This document shows positions 47,492 through 56,579 of a DNA stretch of 64,000 bases, piece after piece. Location of the stretch: NCBI GenBank assembly GCA_041649135.1, contig JBAZNQ010000001.1, forward strand, positions 227,037 through 291,036, given 5' to 3'. The DNA is from Patescibacteria group bacterium (lineage in GTDB: Bacteria > Patescibacteriota > Kazan-3B-28). Position numbers and translations under genes: made by a program. Position 1 is the stretch's first letter, and every line of letters starts with the position of its first letter. The notes beneath the pieces are model-generated. The model ran no database searches. It had not been told where the DNA came from and saw nothing but the letters and a program-made list of their open reading frames with translations.

Positions 47492-47607
47492 AGTTGCAAC
47501 AAGCACGCGGTTGTCATCGTTCCACTGATTGTCGTCAAGCTGGTTCGCGTTGAAGTTCCACTGCCGGTTGTCGGAGTTCCAGTTCACGTTAGCTGCAAAG
47601 ACCTCGC
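47492..47607 (-). repeat. DGR template repeat (TR)
   Basis: On the minus strand this copy carries A at all 16 positions where VR differs. Its translation is Asn(AAC)-rich (…AANVNWNSDNRQWNFNANQLDDNQWNDDN…), typical of a TR. Confidence 0.85.
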
Positions 47608-47917
47608 TTATTGTGACCAAAGCCATCCTTATCACTGCCCATTGATTACTCTTTGGGCTGTATTTTACTTGGGACATCATAAGTCCACCAACTCTGACCA
47701 CCAACTACTACTAGTTTTTGTTGAGGCAAATCAAGACACCCTTGCCCGAACCTTGGTCCGCACAAATCTCGTCATTGATTTGCTCAAAACTCTTTATCCC
47801 AGCCGTAACCGAGATAATACAAAAGTTCTGCCGTTGATTATATCAAAAAAGTCCCAAGGGCTCATCAGCATTTCTGCCGAAGAGCCCAAGGGACCAAGAG
47901 CCAAAGGACTGAAAGGA

Positions 47918-48541
47918 CTAACTGACCGAAGAGTCAGTAGTTGCAACAAGCACGCGGTGGCCATCGTACCACTGAAAGTCGTCAAGCCGGAACGCGCGGA
48001 AGCTCCACTGCCGGTAGTCGGAGTGCCAGCTCACGAAAGCTGCAAAGACCTCGCCATTAACACCGTACACATAGACGATGTTAACGTAGCCATTAGCAAG
48101 CAAGACTCCCCGCTTGCCATTGGGCTGCAAAGCTGTCAGTTTGGCGAAGCGAGCAAAGAACTCGCTAGCCGAGAGAACGTGATTCTCCGGCAGTTCGCTG
48201 ACTATCTGCTTGTCGTAGGCTGGCTTCTTTAGGTCGAATCTATGCAACCCTCCCTCTGGCAACGGACCGATTAGTTCAGCTGCCGGAAGAATGAACCGCT
48301 TCATGCCGTCCGACAGCCAGACATCGGAACGATCCAGTTCCTTCGGGTCGAAGACCTCGGTGGCAGGAAGCATGGCTGAAGCGATGGGCTTCAGGAAGTT
48401 GTAGACCTTCTTGACCTGCTCCACTGTGAACCGGATAGTGCCGTTAAGGATACCCTCGACGATTTCCATACCGCCGAGTTTCTTCGCCAAGGCATTGGCT
48501 TGCCCCAGTGTTAGACCCATCGCACAAAATTCCTTGCTCAT
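47918..48541 (-). CDS. DGR target (variable) protein with a C-terminal CLec-like variable region, 207 aa
   Basis: The C-terminal ~38 aa (…NGYVNIVYVYGVNGEVFAAFVSWHSDYRQWSFRAFRLDDFQWYDGHRVLVAT) are encoded by VR. AAGGAGA RBS. No obvious signal peptide. Confidence 0.8.
   Translation of the reverse strand: MSKEFCAMGLTLGQANALAKKLGGMEIVEGILNGTIRFTVEQVKKVYNFLKPIASAMLPATEVFDPKELDRSDVWLSDGMKRFILPAAELIGPLPEGGLHRFDLKKPAYDKQIVSELPENHVLSASEFFARFAKLTALQPNGKRGVLLANGYVNIVYVYGVNGEVFAAFVSWHSDYRQWSFRAFRLDDFQWYDGHRVLVATTDSSVS
47939..48054 (-). repeat. DGR variable repeat (VR), followed on the 3' side by the hairpin ACTGAC-cgaaga-GTCAGT (47921-47938)
   Basis: 116/116 alignable to TR with 16 differences, all at TR adenines. 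The first ~20 nt at the VR 3' end (47939-47958) are invariant, consistent with an IMH. Confidence 0.85.
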
Positions 48542-48972
48542 GGCAAGTCTCCTTGGGCTTAGTTGCCCATCAGAAATTTTGCCTCTGCCTCGAGGCCCGA
48601 GTTAGAAACCTAGCTTACATCACGCTAGATTTGAACATATCCCGACCGAAGTCGAAACCAGCTCCCAACCAGATGGCGAGGACTGCTACCAAAGCTATTT
48701 TTCAAGCTCCCCAAAGACCCCCAAATACTACCCAAAAAGCCGCCCCCAGTCAATAGAATTTCGCTCCCAGCTCGCCCCGTAGTGAAATCGTCGCCAGTTT
48801 GCCTAATCTAGCAAATCAAACATTTCTACTGCTGTTACTATTACTGGAGTCAAATTTCATCCCTGACCAAATATTGAACGGCCGTTCAATATTTGGCACC
48901 CCTCTATCTCTACCATCGAAGGAGGAATATATTGCCTGCCCGCGGACGCGGGACGCGGCCAGGGAGCCAATA

Positions 48973-49263
48973 AAATTAGCGCAGGCGAAGGCGTTGTTTG
49001 ACCCATCCCCAATTTTGTTTTTCGCGTAGCCCGTCGTCTGTGTCCGCCATAGCCTTGGCGATGGTGGAAGCTCGTAGAGCGAAGTCGGGTCATTCTGAAC
49101 CCTGGCTGCATCCCGCACCCGCGGGCAAACTGGTTTCAGGGTCTCTAGCCAATTTTGTTTCTATTCGTCATTCTGAACTAGTTTCAGAATCTAGATGCTG
49201 AACTAAATTCAGCATGACAAAACTGGTAATGGGAAGTTCTCCGAGAACGAAGAAAGCTAATTT
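48973..49263. repeat. MITE-like element copy 2 (AAATTAGC … GCTAATTT), expanded to 291 bp by nested palindromic-element insertions (e.g. family C at 49167-49218)
   Basis: The ends match copy 1. The interior contains GTCATTCTGAAC-type hairpins. Confidence 0.6.
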
Positions 49264-49563
49264 TATTAGGCGAACAATCGAAACGACCCCAAAGGAAGCC
49301 TTAGGCTCTGGTGGGCGACTTTGGTTACTTTTCTTTAAGTCGGAAAACAACCATTGCTAAAGCGCAATTCGGCACTTCAAAACCAATGAAAGAAAAAACT
49401 TATGCCGCTTCAGAAGACGGCCGTCTTCTGAAGCGGCAGGATCATAAGGTTCTGGACTCTCTCAACCAAGGCGGGCGGGCAAGCCCGAGGATGACACAAA
49501 AAAAGAATCAAGAATGACAAAAGCAAGAGACAAAAATGAAAAAATGATAGGGAAGTTTACTGT

Positions 49564-50181
49564 CTAAATTTTGGCTACCGGCTCAAAAATTTTCTTAATC
49601 CGTATCGGCCGCCCTAGTTCAACCTCAAATACATTGGCTTTACCAATACCACAATTCGCCTCACCAGTCGACTTCAGCTCTTCAGCCCTTAAGCTCGTCA
49701 TCAAAATTGTTAATGCTCCACCGTGCGAAACGATTAAAATATTACCAGCCGCAGATTGATCAGAAATAATTTTTTGCCAAGCCGCCATTACTCGATACTG
49801 AACTTGACTGGGTGTTTCCATGACACCATCACCGCGAAGTTGCATTTTCCAATACATTCCTCGGTTCGCTTTCCAGTCATCAAACGGAATTTTATTAGTA
49901 TATTCACCCAAATCCATATCACGTAAATCATCATTAACGATCACTTGGGGATGCCCGATGTTCAACTTAGCCACTATGCCAGCTGTTTCTTGTGCTCGTT
50001 CCCGTCCTGAAGTAAAAATTGCCGCAAGGGGAGTCGTGCTCAAAAACCGGCCAGCCTCTTCAGCTTGTCGTCTTCCCAATGCGCTCAATGGAAACCCCGG
50101 CAAATTAGAATAGACCATGTCGGTCGGATTCTGAACCGCCGCATGCCTCATCACCAAGATTTTGCGATTAGTCAAATTCAT
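49564..50181 (-). CDS. Histidine phosphatase family protein (PGAM-like)
   Basis: N-terminal RH(A) catalytic motif (LVMRHAAV) and SHGG later. About 205 aa. Confidence 0.7.
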   Translation of the reverse strand: MNLTNRKILVMRHAAVQNPTDMVYSNLPGFPLSALGRRQAEEAGRFLSTTPLAAIFTSGRERAQETAGIVAKLNIGHPQVIVNDDLRDMDLGEYTNKIPFDDWKANRGMYWKMQLRGDGVMETPSQVQYRVMAAWQKIISDQSAAGNILIVSHGGALTILMTSLRAEELKSTGEANCGIGKANVFEVELGRPIRIKKIFEPVAKI

Positions 50182-50432
50182 AAAAAATTATCATTTTTAT
50201 CATATTGAAAAAATCCTGAAAAAACACGAAAAAACGCAAAAAATCAGAATGTGATTTTGTGGTTTCACGCAAACCGAGCTAGTCCCCTGTCCCCAACCGG
50301 TAAAATCAGGTTAAAAATACGCTCCCAGAGCTGATTTTCTTGACTTTTCCTCCTATGAATGCTACTCTTAAACCAAGATTTCAACTCGGGAGGGTTGGGA
50401 TCAACAGCAATCTCCTACCAAAGGATGTACCC

Positions 50433-50777
50433 ATGAAAAGAGGGCCTAGCGGTTTCAAAAATTTCCGCCGCGCAATCATGACAGGAAACTTGATTGCGGC
50501 GGAAAAGTTGATTGATGGGCTAGCCAAGGAGCCCGATGGAGTCATTAGACTCCAAAAAATCTGCCGTACAGCCATGACACAGCTGTATGGTCAGATTCAG
50601 CCAGACGGAGAACTCCGGATTGAAGGTGAAGAGGCAGGAGGGTTCGCCACGTGGGTGGAAACTTACATCACTCCTCTTCTCACCCCGTCGCCGCACCCAA
50701 CCTGGTCTGCTGCAATGTCCATCTTTCTAGACCCGCAGAGCCCACTCCCCCAGTCCAATCAGATGCAAGGAACTTAA
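50433..50777 (+). CDS. Hypothetical protein (GC-rich, atypical composition)
   Basis: ORF ending just before a convergent terminator. No recognised domain. The track ORF starts at 50340. Confidence 0.35.
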   Translation: MKRGPSGFKNFRRAIMTGNLIAAEKLIDGLAKEPDGVIRLQKICRTAMTQLYGQIQPDGELRIEGEEAGGFATWVETYITPLLTPSPHPTWSAAMSIFLDPQSPLPQSNQMQGT

Positions 50778-50804
50778 CTTAAGAAACTCCTTGTATACAA
50801 AACA

Positions 50805-50824
50805 GGCCCCGCGCACGCGGGGCC
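50805..50824 (-). terminator. Rho-independent terminator GGCCCCGCG-ca-CGCGGGGCC followed by a U-run on the minus strand
   Basis: 9-bp GC stem. The minus strand continues GTTTTGTAT. Confidence 0.55.
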
Positions 50825-50857
50825 TTCTGCTTGTCTGGAGAAGAAGGGATCGTCGGC

Positions 50858-51085
50858 CTAGTTTCCCTTGGGATCATCAGACCAAGGCAAGCCGGGCAAC
50901 GCACGATGGGACGGCTTAGGTATCAACCACCGCAAGAACAGTACCAGAAGCAGTCCGACAACCCCCGCAGTCCCGACAATCATTAAAAATCGGGCATAGA
51001 GCATCAGCTCCGCTTCCATACCAGCCTCCAGACTAAAGTTCAACTCGAATGGCTTCAGCCTACGCCAAAACCTGCTCCCAATCAA
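50858..51085 (-). CDS. Hypothetical small membrane protein
   Basis: 75 aa with one TM. Confidence 0.35.
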   Translation of the reverse strand: MIGSRFWRRLKPFELNFSLEAGMEAELMLYARFLMIVGTAGVVGLLLVLFLRWLIPKPSHRALPGLPWSDDPKGN

Positions 51086-51105
51086 GAGAAATTCCGTACT
51101 GTCCC

Positions 51106-51603
51106 CTACGGCTCCAGCACCGCTTCCCGCTCGCCGTTATTTACCGTTAGTTTAATGTCATCAATCCCATCAATCGGAAACTGCCGAATCGTTCTGTCTA
51201 TTGTCTGGGAAATCGATCTCACCCGAGCCGAGCCGCCCATTGGAATGTCAAACTTTTCATTAAAATCTACCGTCAACGTATTGCCGGAAATTTTCACATA
51301 ATTTATTTCCGTACCAGAATTGAAACTGACCGACAAACCATCTCGGGCCTCTTCCGCCGTTGGCCCCTTAATTAATTCTTGCAAAGTCCGCTTGACCATC
51401 TCCTCAAACACATTGGTTTGAACAATTTCCCGATCCACCGATACAAACTCCATATCGGTATCAGTCATTCTCGTGAAAAACACTACTACCGAATCAGTCG
51501 TAGTATTATTTTGCTCCGCCCCCAGCCGTGGTGTATAAGTGTAAACCACAATTCCGACCGCCACCAAAATCACTATTCCAATAAACCACAAAAAATATTT
51601 CAT
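51106..51603 (-). CDS. GerMN domain-containing protein
   Basis: N-terminal anchor then a GerMN-like pattern (…GLSVSFNSGTEINYVKISGNTLTVDFNEKF…GGSARVRSISQ…). Confidence 0.6.
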   Translation of the reverse strand: MKYFLWFIGIVILVAVGIVVYTYTPRLGAEQNNTTTDSVVVFFTRMTDTDMEFVSVDREIVQTNVFEEMVKRTLQELIKGPTAEEARDGLSVSFNSGTEINYVKISGNTLTVDFNEKFDIPMGGSARVRSISQTIDRTIRQFPIDGIDDIKLTVNNGEREAVLEP

Positions 51604-51612
51604 TGTTGCTCC

Positions 51613-52074
51613 TTACTTATTCAGAATCCAAAAACTATATGCCAAATATGTCGCAAACGCCACCCAAGCTGCGTACGGCAATAATAATATCGCCGACCAT
51701 CTCCTCTGTTTCCACATTAGCCAGATCAGCACCAAAACGGAAATCTCAAGTCCGATCATTTCTGCAATTGCCCATTCCACCTGATGTTGAGCAAAAAACA
51801 GATAACTCCAATACGCATTCAAAAATCCATTTATTACAAACCACCACACGACTCTTGGATAATTCGCGTCCCGTTTTTTCTGGCTTAACCACAAAATCAA
51901 CGCCACCGCCGATAAAGCGTAAATTACCGTCCATACCCCGCCAATCACTGCTCCGGATGGCGCAAACGACGGAACGATTGACTGGTTTAAATACCAATCC
52001 AGCCCTTGGTTAGTTAAACAGCTCCCAATCCCAGCCGTTGCGATCACGCCCAGAATTGCCGCCAGATACTTCAT
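51613..52074 (-). CDS. tspO: TspO/MBR tryptophan-rich sensory protein
   Basis: 5-TM, Trp-rich, LNAYWSYLFF motif. Confidence 0.8.
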   Translation of the reverse strand: MKYLAAILGVIATAGIGSCLTNQGLDWYLNQSIVPSFAPSGAVIGGVWTVIYALSAVALILWLSQKKRDANYPRVVWWFVINGFLNAYWSYLFFAQHQVEWAIAEMIGLEISVLVLIWLMWKQRRWSAILLLPYAAWVAFATYLAYSFWILNK

Positions 52075-52493
52075 CAGAACTTCACATTCACTGAATATGA
52101 ATCAGCATTGGCTGGCAAACCAGATGGATTATCTTTCTCAAATACCAAAGTCCCCTGACTTCCCGCCGGTTGAGTTGGGAAGGTCAGGCTGGCAGTAAAA
52201 TCTACCAGATCTGTCGTCATCCAATCACCCTGCGCTTGCGCTATCGTCGTAGCCAAAACCTGATTATTGCTATTCATCAGTTTTATTGGAAATGACGCTT
52301 CAAAATACCAGTTCCCTACCGCCCGGCCAGAAATCGTCAACGGACTAGTAATTTTTTCTCGCCATGCCGGCTGGTCAATGCTGATATCAGGACGCGTCAC
52401 AACATTATTAGTACCCTGCTGGTTAGCCCAATACCACCAGAGTCCCACTACCACTACGATAAAAATCGGAACCCAAATTTTCATATTCATCAT
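52074..52493 (-). CDS. Gmad2 immunoglobulin-like domain protein
   Basis: N-terminal TM then a beta-rich domain (…PLTISGRAVGNWYFEASFPIKLMNSNNQVLAT…GDWMTT…). Commonly paired with GerMN. Confidence 0.5.
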   Translation of the reverse strand: MMNMKIWVPIFIVVVVGLWWYWANQQGTNNVVTRPDISIDQPAWREKITSPLTISGRAVGNWYFEASFPIKLMNSNNQVLATTIAQAQGDWMTTDLVDFTASLTFPTQPAGSQGTLVFEKDNPSGLPANADSYSVNVKF

Positions 52494-52528
52494 TAAGCCT
52501 TCCTTGTTTAGTACCTGAATCTCGCACC

Positions 52529-52740
52529 GTCATTCTGGCTTGCCTGCCCGCCTTGGGAGGGACCAGAATCTTATTAAAAACATCTATACGATTCTGGATG
52601 CGGTCGCCATGACGACCTTACCAGAATGACGAGACACTCTTCATCGTCATTCCCGCGTAGGCGGGAATCCAGACAGAAACAGAAAAAGATTTATTGTTTA
52701 TTGTTCTTTTCTGGATCCCCGGGTCAAGCCCGAGGATGAC
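52529..52740. repeat. Family-B element (52529-52630) directly followed by a composite ATTCCCGC / ATCCCCGGG-hairpin element (52646-52740)
   Basis: Near-identical to the 31836-31925 and 44453-44535 copies. Confidence 0.7.
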
Positions 52741-53375
52741 GGGTTGGAAGGTCTAGAATGACGCAGGAGAAAAGCTTCATTCTTCACTTCCTCCATCTTA
52801 ACACTTCCTTCCCGCAACACCATCGGCCGACCTCCCCCATCCAACCTAACTAATGTTGACGGCTTGCCCGCCAATTTGCCAACATCGACATAAAAATCCA
52901 CCCCACCGCCAAAATATTTCTGTGCCGCTCTCACCGTTTCGGCCTGTGGCTCCCCTGCCCAATTTGCACTCGGTGCTACCAACGGACCGGTTTGTTTCAG
53001 TAATTTTTCCAGTCCAGCATATTTCGGCCAACGGAAAGCCAATGTCCCACCACCCCGATGTAAGTATGTCCATTTTTTGCCGAAACATTTTAAGACCACG
53101 CTTACCGTCCCCGGCCAATATTGTTGTAAAAATTTTTTCTGATTTTTATTTAATCGAACTCCAAATTTCTCCAAATCTCTCAACCCGCTAATCAAAATGA
53201 TCATCGGCTTTTTCGTTGCCCGTCGTCGCAACTTATAAATCCGCTCCACTATTGCAGAAAGCAACGCCGAACCCATCAGTCCATATAATGTATCACTCGG
53301 CATCACCCCCACTTCTCCCGCCAAAATCTGCTTCACCAATTTGCCCGAACGCAACGTCTTATAATGTGGAATCAT
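52698..53375 (-). CDS. tsaC: L-threonylcarbamoyladenylate synthase (YrdC/Sua5 domain)
   Basis: YrdC motifs (…GEVGVMPSDTLYGL…KPMIILISG…). The start is probably M at 53375 (the track ORF runs open to 53438). Confidence 0.75.
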   Translation of the reverse strand: MIPHYKTLRSGKLVKQILAGEVGVMPSDTLYGLMGSALLSAIVERIYKLRRRATKKPMIILISGLRDLEKFGVRLNKNQKKFLQQYWPGTVSVVLKCFGKKWTYLHRGGGTLAFRWPKYAGLEKLLKQTGPLVAPSANWAGEPQAETVRAAQKYFGGGVDFYVDVGKLAGKPSTLVRLDGGGRPMVLREGSVKMEEVKNEAFLLRHSRPSNPSSSGLTRGSRKEQ

Positions 53376-53496
53376 ATTTTCATTATACTTTGTTAAACAT
53401 TGTCCCATTACTACATCAACAACCATTTCCACCAGCATTTAAGAAGGGCGGGTGCAGTCAAAAACTGCTCCCGCCCAAAATCTCTCTTCTCTCAAC

Positions 53497-54102
53497 TTAT
53501 GCTGTCGCCTCTTGTCTTGACCAACGCCCTTGTTGCCATTGCTGACGCGCTTCTTCAATGAGAGCCCGAAAACCCAACACCTTTTGCCATTCCCGATCTG
53601 TCACTCCATCCGGCCGTTCAAACCGTTTGTCATGAATATACATCTGGAATGTGGCATCAAGGTAAAATAGGTTCTCTTGTTCCCATCCACCGCCGTAGCG
53701 CAGTGGTACACCATGATGAACCTGCCCACACATACCAATCATCTTGCCGGAAATCGCACAGCGATAACCAGCTCGTTCCATACATAGCCATCTGGCTATA
53801 GCGCGGCGTTCAGACACAGACAACGAGCGCCTCCCGCTAATACCCGCAGCCATCTCATCCAGCGAGTATATCCTTTCACCAACCTCTTGTAGCGCCTTGT
53901 GATCATCGAACGCGTACCTCCGAAGGATCTTGAGATAAGCCTTGACTTGATGCCTAGAACCGCAGGTCTTCACCTGTGCCACCAGCCATCGAAGAGCCAA
54001 GATTGTCGAAGCAAACTCGGATGAAGGGAACATGACTTCACCCCTATCGTTAGCATAAGTTGTCAAAGGTACGACAACTATTTCCAGTATAACCCAACTC
54101 AC
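53497..54102 (-). CDS. HNH endonuclease domain protein (GC-rich, probably horizontally acquired)
   Basis: C-x-C…HHGVPLRYGG…N…H HNH motif in the C-terminal half. Confidence 0.65.
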   Translation of the reverse strand: MSWVILEIVVVPLTTYANDRGEVMFPSSEFASTILALRWLVAQVKTCGSRHQVKAYLKILRRYAFDDHKALQEVGERIYSLDEMAAGISGRRSLSVSERRAIARWLCMERAGYRCAISGKMIGMCGQVHHGVPLRYGGGWEQENLFYLDATFQMYIHDKRFERPDGVTDREWQKVLGFRALIEEARQQWQQGRWSRQEATA

Positions 54103-54131
54103 TTTTTGTCCACTACCGCTATACTGGAGAT

Positions 54132-55481
54132 ATGGCTATCTCAATTAAATTCATCGGCGCCGCTGGTATGGTTACCGGCTCCAGCTATTTAGTCACAACT
54201 TCAACCCAAAAGTTTTTAGTTGATTGCGGTCTCTTTCAAGGCGGTTACGAAGCCGACCGAAAAAACTACCAGCCCTTCTCTTACGATCCAAAAACAATCG
54301 ACTTTATGATTTTGACTCATTCGCATCTCGACCATTGTGGTCTGACACCTAAATTAGTCAAAAATGGTTTTAAGGGGAAAATTTATTCCACTCCAGCCAC
54401 TCGCGAACTTACCGAAACTCTGTTAACTGATGCCGCCCACATCCAAGAACATGGTGCCACCGATCGCAATATCGAAACTTTATTTATGCAAAAAGACGTT
54501 TTAAAAACTCTCCGGCAATTTGAAACTTACAACTACAACAGAACATTCACGATTGGCGATATCAAAATTAGGCTTCAAGACGCCGGCCACATTTTGGGCG
54601 CTGCGATCGTGGAAATCTGGGCGGACGGCAAAAAAATCGTCTTTTCTGGCGACCTCGGCAACAGTCCAGTACCGATCATGAAAGACCCAACATTAATCGC
54701 TGAAGCCGATTATGTTGTTTGCGAATCTACTTATGGTAATCGTTTTCACGAACCACCCGCTAATCGCGAGAAAAAATTACTGGCCGCCATTCGTCATGCT
54801 CACAAGCGCAATGCCAAACTTATCATTCCATCTTTCGCGCTAGAACGCAGTCAGGACTTACTTTACACTCTCAATCTTTTCCGTAATACCAACCAGATGC
54901 CACACATTCCGGTAATTTTGGACAGTCCTCTGGCTATTAAAGTTACTGCCATTTATAAAAAATACACCAAACTTTTTGATGAAACTTTTCAAAAATATTT
55001 AAAAGTTGATAAAGATTTATTTAGTTTTCCAGACTTTCAGCAAGCCAATACTACTGCTGAATCCAAGAGCATAAATGATCTCAAAGGCACCGCCATCATT
55101 ATCGCCGGCTCTGGCATGGCGGATGGTGGTCGCGTTCAGCACCATCTTATCCATCATCTTGGTGAAACCGACGCTCAAGTTGTGTTTGTTGGCTTCTGCA
55201 CCTCTGGTACGCTCGGTCGCAAATTGATCGAAGGCGCCGCTCGCGTTCGGATAAAAGACATGAATATTGCCGTAAAAGCTACTATTCGCACCATCAACGC
55301 CTATTCCGCCCATGCTGATCAAAACGGACTAATGGGTTGGCTTGCCGGTTTTACCAATCATCCAACTGTGATCTTAACTCATGGCGAAGATGAAGCACGG
55401 CAGATCTTATCAAATAAAATAGCCCGCCAATTAAAGTGGAAAGTCATTCTACCCAAACTCGGACAAGTCGTAAGTCTGTAA
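54132..55481 (+). CDS. MBL-fold beta-CASP ribonuclease (RNA-metabolising metallo-beta-lactamase, RNase J/CPSF-like)
   Basis: HSHLDHCG (HxHxDH) motif, beta-CASP module and C-terminal RNA-specificity domain. 449 aa. Confidence 0.8.
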   Translation: MAISIKFIGAAGMVTGSSYLVTTSTQKFLVDCGLFQGGYEADRKNYQPFSYDPKTIDFMILTHSHLDHCGLTPKLVKNGFKGKIYSTPATRELTETLLTDAAHIQEHGATDRNIETLFMQKDVLKTLRQFETYNYNRTFTIGDIKIRLQDAGHILGAAIVEIWADGKKIVFSGDLGNSPVPIMKDPTLIAEADYVVCESTYGNRFHEPPANREKKLLAAIRHAHKRNAKLIIPSFALERSQDLLYTLNLFRNTNQMPHIPVILDSPLAIKVTAIYKKYTKLFDETFQKYLKVDKDLFSFPDFQQANTTAESKSINDLKGTAIIIAGSGMADGGRVQHHLIHHLGETDAQVVFVGFCTSGTLGRKLIEGAARVRIKDMNIAVKATIRTINAYSAHADQNGLMGWLAGFTNHPTVILTHGEDEARQILSNKIARQLKWKVILPKLGQVVSL

Positions 55482-55541
55482 TTATAGTATTTATTTTATC
55501 GGCCGCACTTCGCCGTGGCCCCCGCCCCTAGATCCTAGATA

Positions 55542-56573
55542 CTACGCTGCCCCCAACATGCCGATCACGACCCCAATTACGGCAAACACTGCACCAATTA
55601 CCCAAAATCGCATGGTTACCTTCGGCTCTGGCCAACCGATCGCCTCAAAGTGATGATGGATCGGCGCGATCAGGAAAAGCTTACGTTTATAAATCTTTCG
55701 GTAAGTCATCTGTAAAATCACCGACAGAGTTTCAACGATCGGCACAAATGCTACAAACGGCAACACCGCCAGACCAACCCCATCTTTGATCAACATCGCC
55801 ACCACCCCAAGCGTTGCCCCAAAAGCTAGCGAGTAAGTATCTCCTCCGAAGAATCTAGCCGGAAAAATGTTGAACCACAAATAAGCCAACAACACTCCCA
55901 CCACCGTCCCGCAAAAGATCGCCAAGCTCACCTGACCATTAACTAGCGCCAACACACCATAAGCCGTATAAGCGACTCCAAACAAGCCCGCCGACAAACC
56001 GTCTAATCCATCCGTAATATTAAACGCATTCGCACACGCTATGATGACAAACATGAAAATCGGGATATACCACCATCCCAAAATAAAGTCACCAATCCCC
56101 GGCAGATGAACGCTATTAAACCCAAGTTTATAGAAAAACCACCATGCGCCCAAAGCCGCCACGACCAACAACCATAACATCTTATGCCGCGCTCGTACTC
56201 CCTTTACTCCACCGATCCCACGGATATTGAACCAATCGTCAACCGCCCCGATTACCCCCACTGACAGTAGAGCAAACAACGGCAGATAAGTTTGTGAGCG
56301 AGTTAAATTGAATTTCAGCGACACCAAAATCACGATCACCCAATATAAAATTCCCGCCATCGTTGGAATATGCCGCTTATGTTTTTCGGCATGTAGCTGT
56401 TGAAATACGGTCGCCTTCGTCCCGTACAACGTCTCTTCTTTCGGCTGTTTCCAAAATTTATATCTATACAGAAAATTCGCCCAGAACGGGGTCGCTAATA
56501 GTGCCACGAAAAATCCAATCGTGGTAATTAAAAATGTCCTCAATAATTCAACTTGTAATAGACTGTCTTGCAT
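55542..56573 (-). CDS. mraY: Phospho-N-acetylmuramoyl-pentapeptide transferase
   Basis: 10-TM MraY family, in dcw context. Confidence 0.9.
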   Translation of the reverse strand: MQDSLLQVELLRTFLITTIGFFVALLATPFWANFLYRYKFWKQPKEETLYGTKATVFQQLHAEKHKRHIPTMAGILYWVIVILVSLKFNLTRSQTYLPLFALLSVGVIGAVDDWFNIRGIGGVKGVRARHKMLWLLVVAALGAWWFFYKLGFNSVHLPGIGDFILGWWYIPIFMFVIIACANAFNITDGLDGLSAGLFGVAYTAYGVLALVNGQVSLAIFCGTVVGVLLAYLWFNIFPARFFGGDTYSLAFGATLGVVAMLIKDGVGLAVLPFVAFVPIVETLSVILQMTYRKIYKRKLFLIAPIHHHFEAIGWPEPKVTMRFWVIGAVFAVIGVVIGMLGAA

Positions 56574-56579
56574 TTTGAT

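Larger units (their letters stand above)
46096..48541 (-). mobile_element. Diversity-generating retroelement cassette (target gene with VR, then TR, then RT, with an Avd-like gene on the opposite strand)
   Basis: See the component features. 116-bp TR/VR pair with 16/16 adenine-specific differences. Confidence 0.85.

Noticed and set aside
47489-48232. 247-aa plus-strand ORF spanning TR to VR
   Set aside because: The open frame is a by-product of the two DGR repeats being readable on the opposite strand. It overlaps the DGR target gene and has no start context or family.
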